Below, piece by piece: positions 35,042 through 43,100 of a stretch of 43,100 nt of DNA. A program made the translations under genes and the position numbers. The first letter of the stretch is position 1. Every line of letters starts with the position of its first letter. The stretch comes from a virus (lineage: Duplodnaviria > Caudoviricetes): positions 1 to 43,100 of the IMG/VR virus record IMGVR_UViG_3300011412_000004. One strand, written 5' to 3'. The notes beneath the pieces were generated by a model. It saw only the letters and a list, made by a program, of their open reading frames with translations, did not search any database and had not been told where the DNA came from.

Positions 35042-36555
35042 TACTTCGTCTCATCGGTATTAAACAGCGCCCGAAGTTTCTCAATGAAGTCCTCAAGCAC
35101 TCCTAAGCGTTCGTCCTGTTCTTCATCTTTATCCGAATCATCAGGTTCTTCAGGTTCAGGCGGTTCAGTGTCAGGCTTTATGCTTTCAGCTAATTGTTTG
35201 AATTGCTCCTGAGAGCCGTAGAACATATCCAGATCAACTTTGCCGTCAATGCCTTGTAAAGTACCAGAACTGGAGTATTGATGCATTACAGGCGTTCCTA
35301 ATGGGGTATCAGATAAATCTGCTCCTGGTTCTCGTCCGTAATGAGCCAGCCAGACTTTCATTTGCAAGTCAGCCAGCCACGGATGCTTGTTGGCAAAGTC
35401 CCAGTAGGTATACAAATGAAGCGTGCGTCCTGTCTGAGCCTGCACAACGTCTCTGAAAGTAGCTATCCATTCTATATTAGCGCCCTCAGTCTCCTCCACG
35501 TCCAACCATAATGAGCCTGGGGTATCACCGACAATCCGAGCAAAGCGTTCGGCTTCAGTCTGAGCATTCTCATCGAAGTAGACATACCAGTAGAAGCCTA
35601 ACGGTAAACCAAGCGTGGTAAAGCCTGCGGTATTCCTGACAAAGTTAGCATCCTTGCGGTTCTCATCACCCCCAAAGGACGGTCCAGTATGACCAGCCTT
35701 GATGATAGCAAAGTCAAGATTCGCTTTAGACAACTCGCTAAAGTCTATCTCGCCCTGATGCCGTGAGACATCTATGCCCCAAGCGTCAGTCTCATTCGGT
35801 GCGGTCGAATAGACTGGCGTTGGCGGTACAAGCACAGGCGGTTCTTCTGGCGGTCTGACAGGCGGTATGACTGGCGGTACGACTATCGGCGGTGGCGTAG
35901 TCAAGTCTGGCAGATCGTGCGTTCCCGTGTCCACGAATGCTCCGCTCCACGCATAACCGTTGGTATACTTGCCGACAAACCAGATGTTATTGCCTTTATA
36001 TGATTCAGCTCGGACAAAACCTTTAAAATCCAGCACGTCATTAGGTGGAAATTCTTTGATAATCGGTCCAGTCAGCGATGCAATCTGGCGGTAATTGACC
36101 CCGTTTGCTCCGACTTTGCGCTGAAACGGCTGTAGTGTTGCGGCTTGTTTCGGCTCATAAGCGCCACTCAGCCATTCAGCAGGTGAGATAAAATCATTAA
36201 AAGACTTCGGTATCTGAGCTTTGACAATATCCCAGTGGCAATGCACGCCCGTACTAAGTCCCGTAGTGCCTGCCTTACTTACCTGTTGTCCTTCATTGAC
36301 CCGTTGTCCGATAGACACCAGCATAGAGTTGTTGTGCATCAGACGATGATAAAACTGCCCGTCAAAGATAATAACCATATTACCGCCCGTACGGTGAAGC
36401 TGGGCGTAGACGATACTGCCTGCCTTTGGTGCATACACAGGACGGTTTAACGGTATTGAGTAGTCCACCCCTGAATGCCTGCCGTATGCGGCTAAATTAG
36501 TCGGCGTTCCGAACTCGGTCGTAATCCGATATGGTGAATCTACTGGTCTCCTCAT
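35041..36555 (-). CDS. Endolysin: M23 peptidase, central SH3-like region, Pro-rich linker, GH25 muramidase
   Basis: HSGVDY, LMHN, STGVHCHW (M23); GIDVSRHQG, AIIKA, LDVEE, HQYSSSG...VDLD (GH25). Confidence 0.9.
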   Translation of the reverse strand: MRRPVDSPYRITTEFGTPTNLAAYGRHSGVDYSIPLNRPVYAPKAGSIVYAQLHRTGGNMVIIFDGQFYHRLMHNNSMLVSIGQRVNEGQQVSKAGTTGLSTGVHCHWDIVKAQIPKSFNDFISPAEWLSGAYEPKQAATLQPFQRKVGANGVNYRQIASLTGPIIKEFPPNDVLDFKGFVRAESYKGNNIWFVGKYTNGYAWSGAFVDTGTHDLPDLTTPPPIVVPPVIPPVRPPEEPPVLVPPTPVYSTAPNETDAWGIDVSRHQGEIDFSELSKANLDFAIIKAGHTGPSFGGDENRKDANFVRNTAGFTTLGLPLGFYWYVYFDENAQTEAERFARIVGDTPGSLWLDVEETEGANIEWIATFRDVVQAQTGRTLHLYTYWDFANKHPWLADLQMKVWLAHYGREPGADLSDTPLGTPVMHQYSSSGTLQGIDGKVDLDMFYGSQEQFKQLAESIKPDTEPPEPEEPDDSDKDEEQDERLGVLEDFIEKLRALFNTDETK

Positions 36556-36608
36556 TATTGTTCCTTTCAGTTATATATAAATTGCCAGCTATAATTATAC
36601 CTTTCTAT

Positions 36609-37343
36609 TTAACCAACTCCTAAGATTCCTAATGTCGCACTGCTTGTACTGGGAGCAGGCAAAGTAGTAAAGGTTTGAGTATTCTGCCAGCCGTTCGTAT
36701 CGCCATTATTGTTTGCGCCATAGATCTGAAAGGTATAAGACGTAGCAGGTATCAAACCTGTCAGATTCCAAGAAGTAGTCTGTAATTGCTGATAGGTAGC
36801 ATCCGAATCACCAGTCTTTTTATAGCGCAGATACACAGTTGTAGACGTACCGTGACCGTGATTAGCTTGCGTACCTGAAATCGTAGCAGTTACCACGGAT
36901 AGATTACTGACAGTCGGATTATTCATAGTCGGAGCAAGCGCAAGACGATCCAGTGTCATTCCCCACGTACCGCTACCTGAGCCAACGCTGGCAAAGTTAT
37001 AACTGACCGAACCGCCATAAGTCCCTGACCAGTTGCCATTAGCATCGTGACCAAGATTCACATCGGTATCAAAATAAACATACGTGCTTCCACCGCCATA
37101 AGCATCGCCTGGGGGTGTGCCTGAGCCTTGAGAACCACCATTAATATAGAACGTACCAGAACGTGCCTGCGTAGTAGACCACTTCAAACTGCTTGTACCA
37201 TTGACCTTGAGGTATAAACGACAGTGAACAGAAGTCGTATTAGCACCGACATTTTGTGAGTTGATCCACCATTGGGCGTGTGCTTCGGTAGCGGAAGCAA
37301 AACTACCGCTCATCCCGTGCCAGTTATCTCCTGAGCTAGCCAT
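36609..37343 (-). CDS. Tail-associated protein (DUF859-like N domain plus FN3-like domain)
   Basis: SQNVGANTTSV, GHDANGN, LTGLIPATSYTFQIYG.N. Confidence 0.6.
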   Translation of the reverse strand: MASSGDNWHGMSGSFASATEAHAQWWINSQNVGANTTSVHCRLYLKVNGTSSLKWSTTQARSGTFYINGGSQGSGTPPGDAYGGGSTYVYFDTDVNLGHDANGNWSGTYGGSVSYNFASVGSGSGTWGMTLDRLALAPTMNNPTVSNLSVVTATISGTQANHGHGTSTTVYLRYKKTGDSDATYQQLQTTSWNLTGLIPATSYTFQIYGANNNGDTNGWQNTQTFTTLPAPSTSSATLGILGVG

Positions 37344-37346
37344 AGG

Positions 37347-38147
37347 TTACATTACTGCAAGCCATTTGCTTCTTGCAGTACTCCATACAAAGGTTATGAA
37401 CGTTGTTTTAGTAGTTACGGTAGTCGTTGGCAGTGCCAGACCGTACTGACTGTTCGACTCATAGTTACTGCCCCACGTAATCGCACGGGCGGCAGTACCA
37501 GTAATCTCAATGAGCAGACCTTCGCCATCAACGGGCGTACCAGTCGGATTGTTAATGGTAATTGCCGTTGTCAGTGCGGTGACACGATAGTAGTTATAGT
37601 TAGCTATATTCGGAGTCAAAGTGGCAGTATCAGCAACAACACTGAGTCTCGGCGTAATACCGCCTGTCGGCACGGTATCGCCTAAGACCGTCAAATTGCC
37701 TGTAACGGTCAAGTTGCCCGTCATAGTCGGAATACTGACATCACCTGTTACCGTCAAATCATCAGTCTCTATCGAATCAGCGTGTACAGCGCCGTGCAGA
37801 CCGCTGTCCTTATGCTCTTTCTTAATACCTGCGGACATCATAGAAAAGTGCGTAGCCGAACTATAGTCAATGATAGTCGCTCCACCCGTATGCCCGACAC
37901 CCAAGTTTCCTTCAGTCCAAACACAGTTTATGAATCTATCTGGTCCAGATGCTTTTGTTCCTGTAAAAGTAGCTTCATTCGCTGTGCCTGGATCTACTGT
38001 GAGAACCACGACAGCTCCATCAGCATATTCAGATGCCGAGGTTACAGGCACAGTTACAGCCAATGCACTAATAGATCCTGACAGGTTGTCAGAGAACGTT
38101 TCGTGTGCGGTGGGAAAATATTTTGTTATTCCAGTTAAATCAGCCAT
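37347..38147 (-). CDS. Tail fibre/anchor protein
   Basis: LTVTGN repeats; C-terminal domain paralogous to the tailspike C terminus; TGGTAAACT at 38166-38174 upstream. Confidence 0.6.
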   Translation of the reverse strand: MADLTGITKYFPTAHETFSDNLSGSISALAVTVPVTSASEYADGAVVVLTVDPGTANEATFTGTKASGPDRFINCVWTEGNLGVGHTGGATIIDYSSATHFSMMSAGIKKEHKDSGLHGAVHADSIETDDLTVTGDVSIPTMTGNLTVTGNLTVLGDTVPTGGITPRLSVVADTATLTPNIANYNYYRVTALTTAITINNPTGTPVDGEGLLIEITGTAARAITWGSNYESNSQYGLALPTTTVTTKTTFITFVWSTARSKWLAVM

Positions 38148-38174
38148 AACTATACCTCTATCTTAAGTTTACCA

Positions 38175-40208
38175 TTAGTCAAATAACTCCCATTCCGCAG
38201 GTTTACCGCCTTGTGAGGCAGTGCCGTTTATCTGAAGCGTACGGGCTATGTAGAATGCGTCCAGCGAGTTCGTGTTGATGCGGTACTGGTAAGCGTTGAT
38301 TTCTTTCTGCACGTTGAAGTACCGCTTGGTAGACGGCTCAGAGTAATTGATGGCTTCACTGGCTCGGTAAGACCACGGATGCTCAGTCCAGTCATATAGT
38401 CCCCACGAGTAACGAGATGCACTAGGTCGAATGTGTTTCGGCTCATCTAACTGTTCAAAGCCGTTTTCACGGGAAATGCCAGACAGTTCAAGCTCGATCG
38501 TTCCTCTCGGCTGGGCTACTTCCACTTCGCCTTCCTCACACCACAGGAATTCAAACCTGTTCTTCGGATTGATATGAATCAGTCCTGTAATCAGCGTAGT
38601 CTGGAAAGCTTGTCCGTAGTCTCCTCGAATCGTGTCGGATATCTCACTTAACTTGGTATCGCCGTTCTTATAACAAAGCACGTGCTGATTCTCCTCAGCC
38701 GTAGTATCGGTGTAAGCCAAGAAACCATCGAAGCCCAATGTAAAGCCTTCAGGCAACCAGCCAGATCGCTCAGTGTCAAAGATAATCGTATAGTTGTTCC
38801 TGTCTGATTCATACGGTACGGACATCAGCAGTTTGCCGTCTTGGAAGTGTCCAGCGATCTTAGGAGATGCAGACTTTCTAATCTTTCTGACGTGCGGTCG
38901 GATATTAGCTGAACTCTCATCAGTAGACAGCAAGTTCAAGAATTGCGCCCGTGAACCAAGATTAAAGATAGCCTGCGAGTTGTAGTACATATAATCATTG
39001 AGTACGTTTACCACTGAGTCAGGCGCATTCGTACCTCTCGAGCCAGGCAATTTATAAAAGTTCGGTACAGGAAAGGTTACGTCCCCGACTGAGTAAGCTT
39101 CTAGCGTACCCTGCAAGACTGCTCCCCGTCCGTCCTTAGACCGACACCAGATGGTAGCTACAGGCTCGTTATTACCCTTACGGTAATCCTCAGACTTGAC
39201 AGGTTTTAACTGTCCGCCTTTCTGCCAATCCAGATAAGTTGATTCATAGGCTGAACCGAACGAACCGATATACCGTCCTGCGCCAGAGATCCATACCCTA
39301 TAAGGAAAGTCCCTGTCTGCCGTGGCATATAAGCGTGAACCAATAAGCGCCATATCTGCGGCTCTCGGTCCTTGCGTGGTATTGTCTTGAGGCGCTTGTA
39401 CTGACACCTGTTCAATAGTCGTGCCTTTATCCTGATACACGACCGTAGCCTGACCTTCTACCGAGTCAATGTAGTTTTCCTCGCCAGCTATCTGACCGAC
39501 ATAGATATCATAACGGACGGCATTCGGCACAGCCGTCCACGTCAAAGAGATATAGTTAGTGTCATTAAAGTTTTCACGTGAACGGTCTACCGTCTCCGTG
39601 TCAGCCGTGGAAGCGGCAGTAAAGCCTACGTCATTGACCGCTGATACTCTATAACGATAGGTATTCGTCACTGTACCAGCTAATCCAGCGCCTTTGGAAG
39701 CCACTACGCCAGTCGGTGTTGTCAAAGCGGTATACGTCTGAAGCGTTGTCGTGCCGTTGTAGCGTACCATTGTGTCCCAGCCGTTAAACAGATAAGTAAA
39801 GGCATTAGCCTGCTCAGACCGTACCTTATGACCCGTGGTAAATACCAATTCTACCGCTCCAGAGGTCGCACAGACTGTCCACGTAGCCCCGTCATTCAAA
39901 GACCGCCAAACCTTACCGCCAGCTATAACCAGCAAGTGTACTGAATCATCGGGCATAACGTGCATTGCCATACCCTCTATCGCTGAAGCTGAAGGTGCTG
40001 TACCATACCAGCCTACGCCAGCTCGGACCTGTGGAGATCCATCACCTGATAAAGTAAGATTCCTCGCTTCTTTCAAAGCATTGCGTGGCAGTTTAGTTTC
40101 ATCTATGACTGAGACAACCCCTCGTGAGAAGTTGTCTTGGTTAAGCGTGGTGAAGTTAGGCGGATTCTCAGGCAAGGAACTGAGAAAGTTGTTAGATGTT
40201 TGTGGCAC
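38175..40208 (-). CDS. Probable tail nozzle / DNA-stabilisation protein (tail tubular B / P22 gp10-like) with an inserted FN3-like domain
   Basis: 677 aa, beta-rich; NFSRG....D..L..NAL.EARN N terminus; YRYRVSAVN; follows the adaptor gene. Confidence 0.6.
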   Translation of the reverse strand: MPQTSNNFLSSLPENPPNFTTLNQDNFSRGVVSVIDETKLPRNALKEARNLTLSGDGSPQVRAGVGWYGTAPSASAIEGMAMHVMPDDSVHLLVIAGGKVWRSLNDGATWTVCATSGAVELVFTTGHKVRSEQANAFTYLFNGWDTMVRYNGTTTLQTYTALTTPTGVVASKGAGLAGTVTNTYRYRVSAVNDVGFTAASTADTETVDRSRENFNDTNYISLTWTAVPNAVRYDIYVGQIAGEENYIDSVEGQATVVYQDKGTTIEQVSVQAPQDNTTQGPRAADMALIGSRLYATADRDFPYRVWISGAGRYIGSFGSAYESTYLDWQKGGQLKPVKSEDYRKGNNEPVATIWCRSKDGRGAVLQGTLEAYSVGDVTFPVPNFYKLPGSRGTNAPDSVVNVLNDYMYYNSQAIFNLGSRAQFLNLLSTDESSANIRPHVRKIRKSASPKIAGHFQDGKLLMSVPYESDRNNYTIIFDTERSGWLPEGFTLGFDGFLAYTDTTAEENQHVLCYKNGDTKLSEISDTIRGDYGQAFQTTLITGLIHINPKNRFEFLWCEEGEVEVAQPRGTIELELSGISRENGFEQLDEPKHIRPSASRYSWGLYDWTEHPWSYRASEAINYSEPSTKRYFNVQKEINAYQYRINTNSLDAFYIARTLQINGTASQGGKPAEWELFD

Positions 40209-40887
40209 TGGTTCTACCTATTTTCCCCCAGCCACCGAATAGATGCTCAATAGCCGATGAATTGCCTGCAGTACCGCCCTCGTTCTCTATCTTCATATTC
40301 TGAAGCGCTGTCGTTGCTTCCTGCTTGGCTATCTTATAACCGAAGCCGTTACGCAGGTTGGCAAAGCGTGAAGCCAGCATATCCTGAACCATAAAGTTCG
40401 GGTCTGACATATCAGGTTTGTCCCGTCCTCTGGTCATTAACTGAGGTTTCTTGAGATAAACGTAGTCTACCGTCAATTCATTGAAGCTACTGCCTGGATT
40501 GAAGTGCATCGTATAACCCTTATTGGCTGAACCTGTAAACCACGCAATCGCTGTCGTAAAGCCATACTTCTCGGCATCCCGTGAAGGTACGACTGTAACT
40601 CGGTGAGATGTATCGCCTACATAGATGAAGGCAGGCGGTTTACGCATATTGGATGGCGCTGAGTATTCAGTACTGTTCTCTGATAAAGTAACATCGCCTG
40701 TCCCGTCCTCACCAGCCGTAGTCCAGAGTTCATTCCACTCTACTCCGTCTGTCCTGTCCCACTTGCGAATCGCATTATTCGCCATTACCATCGCTAACTG
40801 ATACTCAGGGGCAGTCTCAGTCGGAATACTGCTAGACTGTCCTCGGAACAGCGGATAGTATTCCTGAAATATTGCGTCAAAATCCAT
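40192..40887 (-). CDS. Probable head-tail adaptor (tail tubular A-like)
   Basis: 231 aa; helical ends with a central beta region (EYSAPSN, LTVDYV..P); GAGGT RBS. Confidence 0.55.
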   Translation of the reverse strand: MDFDAIFQEYYPLFRGQSSSIPTETAPEYQLAMVMANNAIRKWDRTDGVEWNELWTTAGEDGTGDVTLSENSTEYSAPSNMRKPPAFIYVGDTSHRVTVVPSRDAEKYGFTTAIAWFTGSANKGYTMHFNPGSSFNELTVDYVYLKKPQLMTRGRDKPDMSDPNFMVQDMLASRFANLRNGFGYKIAKQEATTALQNMKIENEGGTAGNSSAIEHLFGGWGKIGRTSATNI

Positions 40888-40943
40888 TTTTATGTACCTC
40901 GCTTGGAGTTATGTCCAGCTTTCAGCCTAAGCCTATGCCTTCA

Positions 40944-43100
40944 TTATATTCTACCGCCCCGTTTTACCGTAATCTTTTTTGACTTGCCACGAGCCTTGAC
41001 ATTTATCTTTGGTACTTTGACTTTAGCTTCGGTCAAATTAATGGCTCGGCGCTGTCCGAAAATCGCCTTTGGCGCATTGGCAAGTCCGCCACCGCCACCA
41101 CCGCCGTAACCACCACCGCTTTGCAAGGATTTACCCAGTGCGGCTATGTCCTGAATATCGCTTTCATCAGGGTTAAGTCCTCGATAAACGGTCGTACTCA
41201 GTCCGTTCTGCAGACTCCATAGGTTCTGTTTGTTCCACTGAGAAGTCATTTCAGCCCACTCATTCGGATGGGACTGAATCCACGCACTGCGGTCAGGACT
41301 GGATGGCGTACCGTCACGCTTGGCTGGTCCATTAGCCTTCGGCAAAGAGTTATAAGCATCCATATAAGACTTGACCTGCGAAGTTGGCTCAGGATAAGTG
41401 TCAAATTCTGGCGCTCCACGAGCCTTGCGCTTGTCATTTATCCAGCTGGCTTGGGTGCTCAACTGGTCGGTTATCTCAGGATGTTCGCCTAAGAACTGTC
41501 CTTTTTCGGTACTGTCGGTAATATTGAAGTAAGTGTCCATTACCGCCTGTAACTGTGGGTTCGGTTCAGGAAAGTCTGGTACACGGGTATCAACCGTCCG
41601 TTTGCTCTCAGGATTTCTGACAGTCTCAAAGAAACTGTCACGCTCATTCTCCCAATCCTCTATCCACGGATTAAGCTGTTTGGTAGCTCGCTTGTCCTTA
41701 GAAGCTGTCTCCTCATCAAGATAGTGCAAAGCTATCCTCTGCTGTTCATCATTCAATGAGTACAACGGATCTGACGGAATACCCAATTCACGCTGTAATG
41801 CGGCGTATTTATTGACGGCACTTAATAAGTCTGGATTGCTCCAGAACACTTCATTCTTAGCCGCATCGCTGATTTTAACATCGCTTCGTCCGTTCAGTTG
41901 GTCGAACACTGCCTGCTGGTCTTTGTTCAAACCCTGTTTAATCTCTGAGTAGCCACGTTGTGCGACGTGGTTATTCTCAATCAAGCGCTGTTTCTCACCT
42001 TTATCATTGGTTGCGTCTATACGAGCCTGTGTTATACGGTCTACAGGATATAAGCCTTCCCTTGAACCGATACGAGCCTTCGAGCCAGGAATCTGTACGG
42101 ATAAGACCGTATTGCCGAATTGTTCACGGGCTTTGCCAGTATTGTACGCACCGCCTAAGAAGGCTCTCGCCCAGTCCAGCGGATTGTCAGGAGCGCCGAA
42201 TCTCGCCCGTCCTTTAGGATTCTCATTATAGCCTTTCTTAATCAGACCGATGGTCGTATCCTGCCGAAGCAACGGTTCACCGCCGATCTTAATCTTTTCT
42301 TGTCCTGGGACTAAGTTCTGCACGCCGACTTTGTTCAGCAAGAAGTTACCGCCAGGAATTCCCAGCGCCACGGCTTTCTGTCCTGCATTGTGCCAGACAT
42401 TGCCCCAATCAAAGGCTACATCCTCACCGTTCTTACGAGCTTCATCTACACGGTTCTGTTCGTCCCTGATAGCTTCCAAACCTGTTGCTGGAATGCTCAC
42501 TACTGGACCGCCACGGAACGCTGACAAAGAGAACATCTGCTGTACGCCTGCCCCGAAAATAGCGTACATAGGTAACAAGAACGCCGCTTTCGCTCCGAAT
42601 ACGCCCGTAAGATATTTCATAGCATCGGCTTGCTTGCCTTGTACGGTCAAGTCACGGATCTTGGACAGTGTTAGTCCCCAATCTTTCATAGGGTACTGTC
42701 CGAACTGAAGCGCCAGTCTGCCGACAGGACTCTTGGTAGCCCAGATAGAACCGAGTTCACCCATCTTAAAGGCATCCTCGAACTTCGTCCGTACATACGA
42801 GACTTTATCCCTGCCTGTCAGACCGAGCTTATCAGCTTCAATCTCAGCTGAGCGTAGGAACAAAGCATCCTTAGCGCCCTCAGTCTTGTTGAAGCCGTAC
42901 ATCATTGCTGACTCGATCTTCTTGCCTTTGCCCTTGACACGGACCTTATCAGCCACACCATCGCCACGCAGGATAGTATCTTCTATGACATCCTCACGTA
43001 CGCCATACCTGTGACGCAACTCTTTGGCATTGACTTTGCCTGTAGTCAAATCCTGCAAAGCTATACCCGTAGTCTTTGGTCCGAAAATACCAACTACCCG
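40944..43100 (-). CDS. C-terminal part of the ~1856-aa giant virion/ejection-like protein (joined to 1-3537)
   Basis: Open to the window edge; hydrophobic segment YLTGVFGAKAAFLLPMYAIFGAG; basic Gly-rich C terminus. Confidence 0.8.
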   Translation of the reverse strand, partial: RVVGIFGPKTTGIALQDLTTGKVNAKELRHRYGVREDVIEDTILRGDGVADKVRVKGKGKKIESAMMYGFNKTEGAKDALFLRSAEIEADKLGLTGRDKVSYVRTKFEDAFKMGELGSIWATKSPVGRLALQFGQYPMKDWGLTLSKIRDLTVQGKQADAMKYLTGVFGAKAAFLLPMYAIFGAGVQQMFSLSAFRGGPVVSIPATGLEAIRDEQNRVDEARKNGEDVAFDWGNVWHNAGQKAVALGIPGGNFLLNKVGVQNLVPGQEKIKIGGEPLLRQDTTIGLIKKGYNENPKGRARFGAPDNPLDWARAFLGGAYNTGKAREQFGNTVLSVQIPGSKARIGSREGLYPVDRITQARIDATNDKGEKQRLIENNHVAQRGYSEIKQGLNKDQQAVFDQLNGRSDVKISDAAKNEVFWSNPDLLSAVNKYAALQRELGIPSDPLYSLNDEQQRIALHYLDEETASKDKRATKQLNPWIEDWENERDSFFETVRNPESKRTVDTRVPDFPEPNPQLQAVMDTYFNITDSTEKGQFLGEHPEITDQLSTQASWINDKRKARGAPEFDTYPEPTSQVKSYMDAYNSLPKANGPAKRDGTPSSPDRSAWIQSHPNEWAEMTSQWNKQNLWSLQNGLSTTVYRGLNPDESDIQDIAALGKSLQSGGGYGGGGGGGLANAPKAIFGQRRAINLTEAKVKVPKINVKARGKSKKITVKRGGRI
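42978..43100. repeat. Terminal direct repeat, right copy
   Basis: Identical to 1-123. Confidence 0.97.

Noticed and set aside
1-43100. Stop-codon reassignment (code 15 or 25) and a lysogeny module
   Set aside because: Core genes are full length in code 11 with TAA, TAG and TGA all used as stops. No integrase or CI/Cro pair was recognised.

Overview
This window looks like a complete, circularly assembled tailed-phage genome. Bases 1-123 are identical to 42978-43100, which gives a 42,977-bp unit. It uses the standard genetic code. Most genes lie on the minus strand: terminase small and large subunits, portal, scaffold, major capsid protein, a GroES-like co-chaperonin, a large modular tail-fibre/tailspike block, and a ~1856-aa probable ejection protein that spans the junction and whose 1-3537 part is missing from the ORF track. 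The minus strand also carries adaptor/nozzle-like genes, an M23+GH25 endolysin with a holin, and a replication/recombination operon (DnaB-like helicase, Cas4-like nuclease, SSB-like protein, NinG). A plus-strand block (22797-27314) of small early-type genes includes an ArdC-like antirestriction protein. I found no tape measure, tail tube, integrase, polymerase, primase or spanins, so it is probably a podovirus-type phage of a monoderm host (Patescibacteria/Saccharibacteria or Actinobacteria are plausible; inference only). The standout is a ~417-nt non-coding, highly nested RNA structure on the minus strand (30908-31324). It is closed by a ~38-bp G-U-rich stem and carries at its apex a circularly permuted tRNA-like domain (T arm > closed acceptor hairpin > D arm > anticodon arm with a 6-nt loop). 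It sits immediately downstream of a DIP1984/DUF6847-like small helical protein gene. All protein family calls come from motif recognition by eye, not from database searches.
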